The notes beneath the pieces are model-generated. The model ran no database searches. It was not told the origin of the DNA and saw only the letters and a list, made by a program, of their open reading frames with translations. A program made the position numbers and the translations under genes. 64,000 nucleotides of DNA from an uncultured Clostridia bacterium (GTDB taxonomy: Bacteria; Bacillota; Clostridia; TANB77; CAG-508). Within the stretch, counting starts at the first letter, position 1. Every line of letters begins with the position of its first letter. The DNA lies in contig CALXMM010000003.1 of assembly GCA_944389475.1 (NCBI GenBank), positions 64,847 to 128,846 on the forward strand. The letters are read 5' to 3'. Positions 17,779-29,500 of the stretch are shown in pieces.

Positions 17779-20397
17779 GTGTCACAAAAGATTGAAGAAT
17801 TTGATGTAAAAAAAGAATATGGTGATTTATCACTCACAAACACAAAAGATTTTATGGCAAAGCATAATGTAAACATCAATGGATTAACAGATGCTCAAGT
17901 AGCCGAAAATCAAAAGAAATATGGAGCTAACGAAGTAAAAGGAGCAAAACCAAAACATTGGTACAATTACTTCTTCGAAAGTTTATTTAGCCCATTTAAC
18001 GCTATTTTATTAGGTATTGCATTGGTATTAATTTATACAGATATTATTTTACCAGCAAACCCAAATCCAGCAAATATAATTGTTATAATTTGTTTAGTCT
18101 TAGTTAGTACATTTCTAGAATTTTTCGAAGAATACCGTTCTAACCAAGCCGCAGAAAAATTAAAAGAACTTGTTCAAACTAAAGGAACTGTAATTAGAAA
18201 TGGTGAAAAAATAAAAATTCCATTCAAAGAATTTACTGTTGGAGATATCGTTAAATTATCCGCTGGTGACATGGTTCCAGCTGATTTAAGAGTATTAGAA
18301 GCAAAAGATTTATTTGTTGGTCAATCATCCATTACAGGTGAATCAGATTCTATAAAGAAAGTACCGGATACAGAAATGCAATCATTGGATGATTTGGAAA
18401 GCATAACAGATTTAGACAATATCTGTTTTATGGGTACAAATGTTGTAAGTGGTTCAGCTAAATGCGTTGTAGTTAAGGTAGCTGATGATACTTACTTTGG
18501 AAAAGTAGCTCATTCAATTACATCAGGAAAACCAAAAACTGAATTCCAAAAAGGAATAGAAAACATTAGTAAATTATTAACAAGATTTATGCTTATAATG
18601 ATTCCTGTTACATTTATAGTTAATGTATGGAAACATGATTTGTTAACAGCATTTACATTCTCTGTTGCAATAGCAATAGGAATTACACCTTTATTACTAC
18701 CTGTAATACTTTCTTCTTGTTTATCTAAAGGTGCTGTACGAATGTCTAAGAAAAAGACAATAGTTAAAAAACTCGATTCTGTAGAAAGTTTCGGTTCTAT
18801 GAATGTATTTTGTACCGATAAAACAGGAACTTTAACAGAAGATAAAATAGTCCTAGAAAAATATTTAGATATAGAAGGAAATGAAGATATAGGAGTTTTA
18901 AAAGATGCATTTTTAAATTCTTATCATCAAACTGGATTAGATGGAAATATAGATAAAGCTGTAATAGCTCGTGCTTTAGAAAATGGTTTGGACTATTTAA
19001 AAAATGATTATGCAGTAGTAGATGAAATTCCATTTGATTTTACAAGAAGAATGTTATCAGTAATAGTTACAGATAAGCAAAGTCATCTAAAAATGATTAC
19101 AAAAGGTGCTGTAGAAGAAATTCTAAATATTTGTACTAAAGTATCATATAAAGGAGAAATTTCTGGTATCACACAAGATATAAAGAAAAATATTTTAAAG
19201 ATTTCTACAGATTTAAACAAAGATGGCTTAAGAGTTATAGCAGTTTGTGAAAAAGATGTTACAGGAAAAGCTAATTTTGCACTAAGTGATGAATCAAATA
19301 TGATTCTAGTAGGATTTATAGGATTTTTAGATCCACCAAAAGAATCTGCTGCAGTTGCAATTAAACGTATGCGTGAAGCAGGAATTAGGGTTATAGTTCT
19401 TACAGGAGACAATGCAGAAGTTACAGGATGCATATGTAAAAAGGTTGGTATAAAAACTAATAAAATTATACTAGGAAGCGACATAGATAAATTAGCAGAT
19501 AATGGTGTAATAAGACTTCTTAAAAAGAAAAATAATGTATTTGCCAAATTATCACCTATTCAAAAAGCAAGAATTATTCGTTTGTTAAAACAAAGTGGAA
19601 ATGTAGTTGGATATATGGGTGATGGTATAAATGATACCCCATCACTTACAAATGCAGATGTTGGTGTATCTGTTGATACAGCTGTTGATATAGCAAAAGA
19701 AACAGCTGACATCATATTACTAGAAAAAGATTTAAATGTTTTATTAGATGGTGTTACAGAAGGTAGAAAAACATTCTCTAACTTATTAAAATACATTAAA
19801 TTAGCAGTAAGTTTCAACTTTGGTGAAGTTATATCAGTTTTAATTGCTAGTATTTTATTACCATTCTTCCCTATAACACCAATACAATTACTAGTACAAA
19901 GTTTATTATATGATATTGGTCAATTAACATTACCATTTGATAATGTAGACCCAGAAGCTTTAAAGAAACCAAGAAAATGGAGTATGCAAGCAATAAAACA
20001 ATTTATGGTACACATGGGACCATTAAGTTCATGTTTCGATTTAATTGTATTTGCAACACTATGGTTTGTATTTAATTTAAGAACTCCAGATGCCGCATTA
20101 TTCCAAACAATATGGTTCTCTTATGGTATAGTATCTAATCTATTTGGTCTACATGTAATAAGAACATCAAAGATGCCATTCGTACAAAGCAATGCTGCAA
20201 AACCAGTATATATGTCATCTATAATAGTTTCACTTGTAGCAGTATTAGTTCCATTCACACCAATTGGAGCAGCAATAGGATTAGTACCTATTCCACTACA
20301 ATATATGGCATTAATATTTGTAACACCAATTGTATACTGCATTATTGCACAATTTGCAAAACACAGATACATTAGAAAATATCATGAATGGTTATAG
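17779..20397 (+). CDS. mgtA: Magnesium-translocating P-type ATPase
   Basis: CTDKTGTLTEDKI, FDFTRRMLSV, MGDGINDTPSL. GTG start after AGGAGG. 872 aa, typical of MgtA/MgtB. Confidence 0.9.
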   Translation: MSQKIEEFDVKKEYGDLSLTNTKDFMAKHNVNINGLTDAQVAENQKKYGANEVKGAKPKHWYNYFFESLFSPFNAILLGIALVLIYTDIILPANPNPANIIVIICLVLVSTFLEFFEEYRSNQAAEKLKELVQTKGTVIRNGEKIKIPFKEFTVGDIVKLSAGDMVPADLRVLEAKDLFVGQSSITGESDSIKKVPDTEMQSLDDLESITDLDNICFMGTNVVSGSAKCVVVKVADDTYFGKVAHSITSGKPKTEFQKGIENISKLLTRFMLIMIPVTFIVNVWKHDLLTAFTFSVAIAIGITPLLLPVILSSCLSKGAVRMSKKKTIVKKLDSVESFGSMNVFCTDKTGTLTEDKIVLEKYLDIEGNEDIGVLKDAFLNSYHQTGLDGNIDKAVIARALENGLDYLKNDYAVVDEIPFDFTRRMLSVIVTDKQSHLKMITKGAVEEILNICTKVSYKGEISGITQDIKKNILKISTDLNKDGLRVIAVCEKDVTGKANFALSDESNMILVGFIGFLDPPKESAAVAIKRMREAGIRVIVLTGDNAEVTGCICKKVGIKTNKIILGSDIDKLADNGVIRLLKKKNNVFAKLSPIQKARIIRLLKQSGNVVGYMGDGINDTPSLTNADVGVSVDTAVDIAKETADIILLEKDLNVLLDGVTEGRKTFSNLLKYIKLAVSFNFGEVISVLIASILLPFFPITPIQLLVQSLLYDIGQLTLPFDNVDPEALKKPRKWSMQAIKQFMVHMGPLSSCFDLIVFATLWFVFNLRTPDAALFQTIWFSYGIVSNLFGLHVIRTSKMPFVQSNAAKPVYMSSIIVSLVAVLVPFTPIGAAIGLVPIPLQYMALIFVTPIVYCIIAQFAKHRYIRKYHEWL

Positions 20398-20450
20398 AGA
20401 TATGAAACTAATTTTAAATTATAAATTGTGTTAAATCATTAATCAAAATA

Positions 20451-20494
20451 AAAAGGAAACTATGTTTAATATATTTCATAGTTTCCTTTTTTTA
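20451..20494. terminator. Bidirectional terminator between mgtA and giant gene 1
   Basis: AAAAGGAAACTATG-12 nt loop-CATAGTTTCCTTTT with flanking A and T runs. Confidence 0.7.
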
Positions 20495-20561
20495 TTTCAA
20501 GTATAAATTATCTTAATGTTCTCAAGCAAAGCTCGTGCCATGAGTTAAGTTTCTTTTCTTA

Positions 20562-23500
20562 TTATTTTTTATCTTTATGTCTCTTTGTTAAAACTACTGC
20601 GTATCTTAATGTTACACTTTCTAGGACTACTAATATTGCTAATACAAATAGTAAACCTGTTGGGAACTCACCTGTTTCTACACTTATTATAGCAGTTGCT
20701 TCATCCGTATTATCCTTATCATTTTCATCTTTAAATCCTGGTACATTATCTGTTTGTATTAATGAAACTTCATTAACCTTATTACCCATATTTTCTCCAG
20801 AGCCTTTCCAGTTTAATAATACTGTGTATTCTTTGGTTTCTCCACCTTTTATTTCTGGTATTACCTTTCTTAAGGTTCCATTATTTTCTTCCCATGTTCC
20901 ATCATTATGCGCTAAACTCATTCCTTCTGGTAATTTATCTTCTATAATTGCCCTTCCTTCTACTTTGCTAGTATTAATTACTTTTATCTTATATTCTATT
21001 TGTACACTTGTATTCTCTGTACTCTTTCTGTAAATTTCAACTCTCTCTAATTTTCCATTAGTAGCAGACCTTCTATTACCATTTATTATTATTCCTGTTA
21101 TTTCTTTCTCTACTCCTAAATTAAATGGCTTTGGTTCATAATAATAGTATAATTCAATTGTATTATTTACTATATCTTTATCATCTTTATCCTTGGTAAT
21201 TTCAACTTTCATTTTACCACTACTATCTTTAGGACTTTCTACTAGAGAATAATATTCAAATTCTTTTGGATTTGTAGTATATTCATCATCTTTTTGTCCC
21301 TCAAGTATTACTTGACTATTTTGCAATTCACCTGTCTTAGAATTTGTTTCTTCTATCTCTTTTCCTGTTGTTTTATCCACAAAATGTACAATTACTTTTG
21401 CAGGTTGATAATAATAATAATTTACTACTATCTTATCTTTAGTCATTTTTCCTTTAGCATTTGCTGGTAGGATGTTGTTTCCATTTTTATCAGTCTCTGC
21501 TACTGCATAGCTTAAGAATTCTTTAGGTTTAATATCATATAAATCTCCAATATGTCCTTCTTGTAATGTAAGTGGTTCCAATTCTTCACCACTTAGAATA
21601 TCTATATGATGTACCTCAACGCCAGTAGACTTCTTCGCATAATAGTATGTTACAACAGTTCTATTATTTGTAATATTACCCTGTTCATCTGTTTCAACAG
21701 CTAATATTCCATTAGCATTTGATGATACATCTACCAAATCGTAATCTTCTATACTCCTTTGTTCTGTTGTATAACTATCACCTTCATGCTTTGTATCATC
21801 AACTATTTGCTCTGCCAAAGGTTCACCTGTTTCTCTATCTATGTAATTAACTTCTAGCACTGCCTTTTTAATGTAATAGTAATTTACCGTTACAGCTTCT
21901 TCTCCTATGGTTCCTTTGTTATTTTCCGGAAGTTTATTTTCTACTAAATCATATCCCTCAAAATTTTTGCTAGATATGTTATAGTTATCTCCAACTGGAA
22001 CATTATGTTCTTCTGTGTACAATATTTTACCCGTAATATCATCGATATGGTTCTCTAATAATTTTGTCTTAATCTTCTCATAGTAATAAATTAGGGTTTG
22101 TTCTTCTTTTGTCATTTTTATTTTTGTCTTTTCAGGACTTTCTACCAATTTATATCCTTGGAAGTTCTTTGAATTCGTAACAAATTCATCTCCAACTAGT
22201 CCTTCCTTTGTATATGGAGTTTCTAGGTCTTTGATAATTTGATGTGTTTCCGAATCTCTTTCCACATATCTTACTGTTGCTCTTGTATTTTGTAGATAAT
22301 AATAAGTTACATTTGTGTCTGCAACAGTCATGTTTCCTTGAACATTTCCACTTTTAGAAACTAATGTATATGTTTTACCATCTTTTTCTATTTTATCTTT
22401 CTTATGCTCTGTATCTGTATTATATTGGTCATCAACATGTCCATCAATTTGCTCATTATTTGCTAATACTTGGTTATTACCATCATTATCATCTAAGTCT
22501 TTTTCTATATAATGTATTATTACTTTTGCTGGTTTTAATCTATAATAATAGGTTACTTCCTGTGGTTTTTCTTCATTATATTTTTCTAAAATTCCTTCTG
22601 AATTTCCTACTGTTGCATCTTGAACCAACTCATATTTTTCATTAATATTTTCCGCTGGTTTAGCTTTATAAGGCTCTCCTTCTTTTCCTTCTATTACTTC
22701 ATCTTGAATTTCTTGACCATCAGTACCTATTACTTTATTTGTAGTTTTTGTACCATCTAAATTCATGATGTAATGATGTACAGTAACCTTTCCATATTTA
22801 TTTGTATTTGTAACTACTCTTCCTGTATTATCCACTGTAGCACTATAGTAAGACAAATCTCCATTTATCTCTGTTACAGTATACTTAATCTCTTGGTTAT
22901 TAACATCATATTTTGGTAAATTTGTAAATATATCATTCCACTTATTTGGATTTGTACTATCCTGTGTTGTTGTAGTACCCTTTGTTCCTGGTTTTGCTAA
23001 TTCCATGGTTCTTTCACTACCATCACTACCTTTTAGTTTAAAGACTACTTTTGTTGGACGTTGTCCAAGTTTATTATCTTCATCTTCCCAAACTTTGCTT
23101 ACTGGTATATTTACTATAAATCCTGTTGTAGTTGTACATTTTGCTGTTACCTCATCACCTATTCTTTCCGGTGTCTCATATTCTATATGTGCATTAACAA
23201 TATTTTCGATACTTACCGTGTTTTGAGTTATTCCTTGGTATACAACTTTAATTTGTTTATTAATTGATACTTCTTTTGTTTCTGTTAACTGCATACCTTG
23301 AACTTCCTGTTCCCAGGTAATTGTTTTGTTTAAAGCATCATATGTTCCACCATCTAATTCAGATTTAGTTTCATCCAATGCATATGGTAATTTGTCAACT
23401 AGTACAACTTTAGCTTTTCCTTCATAATCACTAATTTGTGTAAAATAGCTTATATTGTATGTTATTTCTTGGTCTAAATTTTCTATTGCAGATGTTCCTG

Positions 23501-26500
23501 TCATAGATATTTCTGGATTATCCTTTGGCTCTACATATGTATGTTGCAATTCTTCTGGAATTTTTTCATCCTGTCCATTAGTATTTATATACACTATATT
23601 TTTAAGTATTGTTCCATCCACCAAAGTATTAACTATAACTTTAAACTCTACGATAACTTCAAAATTAATTCCTACTGCAACATTTATTCCATTTTGTAAA
23701 TCCAAAGCAGTCTTACTACTATCTGCAATATCTCCAACTTTTATAGAACCATCTACAAATGTTGTTCCTGTTGGTATTACATCTTTTACAAGTGCTGTAC
23801 CATCTCTTGTTCCATCATTCTTTAACTTAATTCTATATGTAATTGTATCTGATTCTCTAACTTTACTACCATTTGCTGGGTCAGATTCTTGTTTTGCTGA
23901 TATATTAGCTTTTGTAACATTTGTTATAACTTCATTTGTTTGCTTATTATCAACACTAGCCACATTCTTTAATGCTTTAGAATATTCTCCCTCAGCTAAA
24001 TCATCTACAATTCCTGCAAATACTACATCAACTGTAGTAAATTCTGGAACATCCACCTGTATTCCACTCTTTAAGTTTTCTTCTGTATATGAAGTACCAA
24101 TATTTCCAACTTTTATTTGTGTAGAGCTATCAAAACTCATTCCTTCTGGTAAACTATCTGCTAAAGTTACTGTTTTACCTAGGTTACCAGTATTTTTAAT
24201 TCTTACTGTATATGTTACTTTATCTTTCTCAGAAGTTTCTGTTTTATCTACAAATTTTTCTGCACTAATTATTGGTTTGTAAATAGTACTTTCAAAATTA
24301 TTGCTTGCTTCCTTACTTATCCTTTCTGGAGTTAGCAATTTAATATGTCCTTTAACATTGTTTGTTATTTTTTCTTGGTTCATATCTAAACCAACATAGA
24401 ATACTTTAATATTCTTTGTTATATTAACTGTTCCTTTACCATTATAACTATTTAAGTTTGATACATTTTCTGCCCAAGTTATTGTCCTATCTGTTTCGTT
24501 ATATGTTCCACCATCTAAGTCATTTGATTTACTTGTATCTAGTGCATATGGCAATGTATCTATTATTGTTACCTCTGCATTTCCAATATAATCATTTATA
24601 TTGGCATTATATGTAATTGTATAATTCATTTCCTGATTTGCAGATGTAATTTTATCTGTTCCTGATTTTTCTATGGTATTAGTTCCTGAAGGATTCTTTA
24701 AGCGATAATAATATATTACCTCGGTATCCTCCTTCGTTATTTCTCCAGTTTTATTATTAGGTATTCTTTCTTGTACCAATTCATAATTTTGCATAATATT
24801 TCCTGCAGGGTTTGTTGTATATTCTTCACCTTGAGCTCCTTCTATAATATCATCCTGCACTTCTCCACCATCAATACTTGGTACTTTTGTTGTTGTAGTT
24901 ATACCATTATCATCCATAATGTAGTGATGTACTATAACCCTTCCATAAACACTTATATTCGTTACTGTCTTAGAAATTTGGTCAATACTTCCTTTTTTGT
25001 AGAATTTATTTCCTAAGTCCTCTTCATCAACAGTATAGATTATGTCATTACCATAGTTGTCCAATCTTGGTAAATTATTAAATGTATATGTCCAAGTATT
25101 ATTATTTGATGGGTCTGCATTTTGTGAGGTTAATTCTTGTTTATAAGAAGTATTTACACCCTCACCAGTTCCTCTAAGTACCATTATTACTGAGCTTGAA
25201 CGTTTTCCTTTAGAATTTTCATTATCATCCCATACCTTAGCTACAGGTACTGATATTCTTTCATCCGGTACTACAAATTTATTTGATATTGTATAACCAG
25301 AATTCATATCTCCAGAAATAATCTTGTTTTCTGCTGTATAGAATTTATCATTCAAGTTCTCTTCATCTGCTGAGTAATTTATTATATTACCTTTTTCATC
25401 ATATTTTGGAACACTGAATGTATATTGCCATCTGTTTTTATCTCCATTTACCGCATTCTTTTCGGTTACTACTTCTGATGCAACTATTCCACTTTCATTC
25501 TTAACTTGTAGTGTTACACTTGCGGGTCTCTTTCCTGCAATATCTCCATTATCATCCCATACCTTTGTTACAACTATATTTGCTTTATCTCCAGGTACCT
25601 GGAATTTATTTGTTACAGTTCTTGTCTCTTGATTAAGATTAGATTTTATATAGAATATACTTTCTATATCTTTTTCGTTTATTGTATAAGATATTTCATC
25701 ACCATAATCATCATATTTTGGTAAGTTTGTAAATGTATATTCCCAAGTATTCTTATCTTCGTTAATAGCATCATCTTCTGTTACCTTTTCTTCCTTAGAA
25801 ATATTTACTCCTTCTCCAATACCTGTAACAGTTAATATTGCACTATCCGGACGTTTCTCTGCAAAATTTTCATTATCATCCCATACTTTTTTAGCTGTAA
25901 CAGATACTGTTTCATCCGGTACACTAAATGTATTTGTAATTGTTCTAGTTTGTTGGTCTACACTTGTAATATAGAATTTGCTATTTACATTTTCTTCATT
26001 TACTGAATATGTAATTTCATCTCCATTTACAGAATTATATTTTGGTAATTCCATAAATGTATATGTCCATTTATTTGAATCTGTATCATCAACATTATCC
26101 TTAGTTAAGGAATTTCTATATGGACCACTTCCATCACTTGCTGTTACAACTATATCTATGCTTGATGGACGTTTATTAGCAATATTACCATTGTCATTCC
26201 AATCAATTGTTACTGGAATACTTATTTTATCATTTGGTACTTTAAATTTATTTGTAATTGTCTTTGTGTCTTGGTCTATATCACTATTTAAATTTGTATA
26301 ATAAATATTTTCCAATTTTTCACCTAACAAATATTCTATTTCATCACCATTTGCATCATATTTTGGTAAATCACTAAATGTATATGTCCAATGATTATTA
26401 TTAGATGGGTCTGCATTTTGTGAGGTTAATTCTTGCTCATAAGAAGTATTTACACCTTCACCAGTTCCTCTAAGTACCATTGTTAAAGAACTTGGACGTT

Positions 26501-29500
26501 TTTCTGCAGAATTTCCATTATCATCCCATACTTTTGTAACTGGTACAGAAATCCTTTCATCAGGTACTTGGAATGTATTTGTTACAGTCTTAGTTAATTG
26601 ACTAACACTTGATGTGTAGAATTTGCTATTTTCTTCTTTGCTCTCCTCTTCTGCAATTGTATATTCTATTTCATCACCCATGCTATCCAACTTTTGTAAG
26701 TTTGTGAATGTATATTCCCAAATATTTTGATTTTCTACTGCATAACCGCTATTTAATACCACTTCTTCTGTTTTACCATTTCCACTTATAGAAATTGTTA
26801 CAGAATTTAAACGTTTACCTGCACGGTTATTATTATCATTCCATACTTTATTCACTGTTACTTGTGTTCTTTCATCTGGAACCTCAAATTTATTTGTTAC
26901 AGTCTTTTCTTCTTGGTTTATTACTGTATTAGCTCTTGTATAGAATTTGTTTCCTAAGTCTTCCTCACTTAATGTATATATTATTTCATCTCCATTTACA
27001 GAATTATATTTTGGTAAATCTGTAAATGTGTATAGCCACTTATTTCCATCATTTAAATCAGCATTATGTCCACTTAATGTTGCTTTATGTGGATTGCTTC
27101 CATCATTTCCTGTTAATACTAAAACAACATCATCAGGTCTCTTATTAGCTATATTATTGTTATCATCCCATATTTTAACAACAGGAATTGTAATTTTATC
27201 TGTAGGAACTTTAAATGTATTAGTTATAGTTTTTGTATCTTGTTCCACTTTACTATTTTCAGGTTTATAGTAAATATTGTCTAATTTTTCACTTAATACA
27301 TAATTAATTTCATTCCCCTTTTCATCTAAGTTTGGTAAATCTGTAAATGTAAATCTCCAAATATTTTCATTTGATGAATCAACATTTTCAGTTGTTAACT
27401 CTTCTTCATAAGAGCTATCTACACCTTCACCGATTCCTTTAAGCTTCATAGTTACTGAGCTTGGACGTTTTCCTGCAAAATTATTATTGTCATCCCATAT
27501 TTTTGTAACTGGTATAGAAATTCTTTCATTAGGTACTACAAATTTATTTGTAATTGTATAACCGGATTCCATATTTCCATCAATCACAGTATTCTCTCTT
27601 GTATAGAATTTATTTTTCAAATTCTCTTCATCTGCTGTATAAGTTATAACATCACCATTTTCATCATATTTTGGAACATTAAATGTATGACTCCATTTAT
27701 TTTGGTCTCCATTTACCGCATCATCAATGGTTACTGCCTCGGAAGCAACAACCTGATTTCCATTTTTTACTTGTAATGTTGCACTTGCGGGACGTTTTTC
27801 TGCAAAGTTATTATTATCATCCCATACTTTTGTAACAACAACATCCACCTTATCACCCGGAACATGGAATGTATTCGTTATTGTTCTTGTTTCCTGATTA
27901 ACATCAGATTTTATATAGAATATACTTTCTATATTTTTTTCGTTTATTGTATAAACAACTTCATCACCATTGTTATCATATTTAGGTAATTCTGTAAATG
28001 TATATTCCCAAGTATTATCATCACCAGCAACTCTATTTGATAATGTTATTTCTTGCTCTTTAGAAATATCTACTCCTTCCCCTTTTCCTGTAAGAGTTAA
28101 TATTGCTGTTTCAGGACGCTTGCCAGCAGAATTGCCATTATCATCCCAATACTTTTTAGCTGTTACAGTTATTTTTTCATCAGGTACACTAAAAGTATTT
28201 GTTATAGTTTTACTAGTTTGGTCATAACTTTCTACATAAAATTTATTATTATCTTCTAAACTTCTTTCCTCACTTACCTGATAATCTATTTCTTTTCCAC
28301 TTTCATCATATTCTGGTAAGTCTATAAAAGTATATTCCCAATTATTTTCATTTTCAGCAACAGCATTTATACTACTAATAGGTTGCTTATATGTCTGTCC
28401 ATTTCCAGTTAATACTAATGTTACTGAATTTGGTCGTTTACCTGCAGAATTTCCATTATCATTCCATACTTTTGTAACCTTTACATCTTTTAAGAATTCT
28501 GTTGGAATATCCTTTGTATTTTCAACAGTATTTGTTTTTTCAGGTGTTTTTAAATTCAATGTGCCTGTAACTTTATTTGTTACACTTGCTTTTGTTACAT
28601 CTAAATTTTGGTATACTAAACTAATATTCTTAGTTACATTTATTTGTTTTTCTCCATTTGCAAAAGTATCTATTCCTGTAATACTTTCTGTCCAAGTAAT
28701 TGTATTAGTATTTTCATCATAATTTCCATCATTTAGGTTTGATTTTTCTTTATCTATTGCATATGGAAGTGTATCCACAATTATTACTTCTGCCTCACCA
28801 ATATATGTATCCACATTTGCTGAATATGTAATACTATATGGTACTGCTTGGTCTTTTTCTGTCACCTTTTCCAAAGTACTAGTTTTATCTATTTTACTTT
28901 GTTCAATTGTTGGCTCTTTTAATTTATAGTAATAAGTTACAACTATTTGTTCCAAAGTCATTGTTCCATTTGAATTTTTAGGCAAGTTTTCTTCTACAAC
29001 TTCATAGTTATTTGCTACATTTTCAGATTCACTTGTATTATATGTATCTGTTACTCTTCCGTTAATTAGCTCATCTTCTACAACTCCACCATTCTTTGAT
29101 GGTACATTAATATCTGTTCCATCAATGTAATGATGTACTAATACACTTGCAGATTTTAGCCTATAATAATAAGTTACCTCTATTGTATCTTTCTGTATAA
29201 TTCCACTTGTTTCACCTTCTGTTGATACAAGTTCATAGTTTTCGCTTACATTATCTGCCTCTTTTGTAGCATATATTTCTCCTACATTTCCTGTTTGTAC
29301 TACATCTTCTACAACTCCATTAGAATTATTTGGTACATTTGTATTTGTATCTTCTATATAATAATGTGTTATTACTGTTCCTTTTAATCTTGCATTTGAA
29401 ATATTTAATGTTACAATATCATTTTCTCTTGAAACACTAAATTCACTTACATTATTTTCTGGTAATTTATAACCCTCTGGAACCTCAATCTCAGTTGCAA

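Noticed and set aside
23455-24282. Long plus-strand ORFs antisense to the giant genes (for example 23455-24282 at 275 aa, 44028-45017 at 329 aa, 50991-51581 at 196 aa, 42130-42723, 40887-41597, and dozens of 60-110 aa ORFs).
   Set aside because: Their translations are low-complexity L/F/S/Y/H-rich strings with no RBS. They mirror the repeat structure of the sense strand; for example, the ORFs at 25978 and 26947 are similar only because the sense Cna_B units are. This is a codon-composition artefact of long AT-rich sense ORFs.
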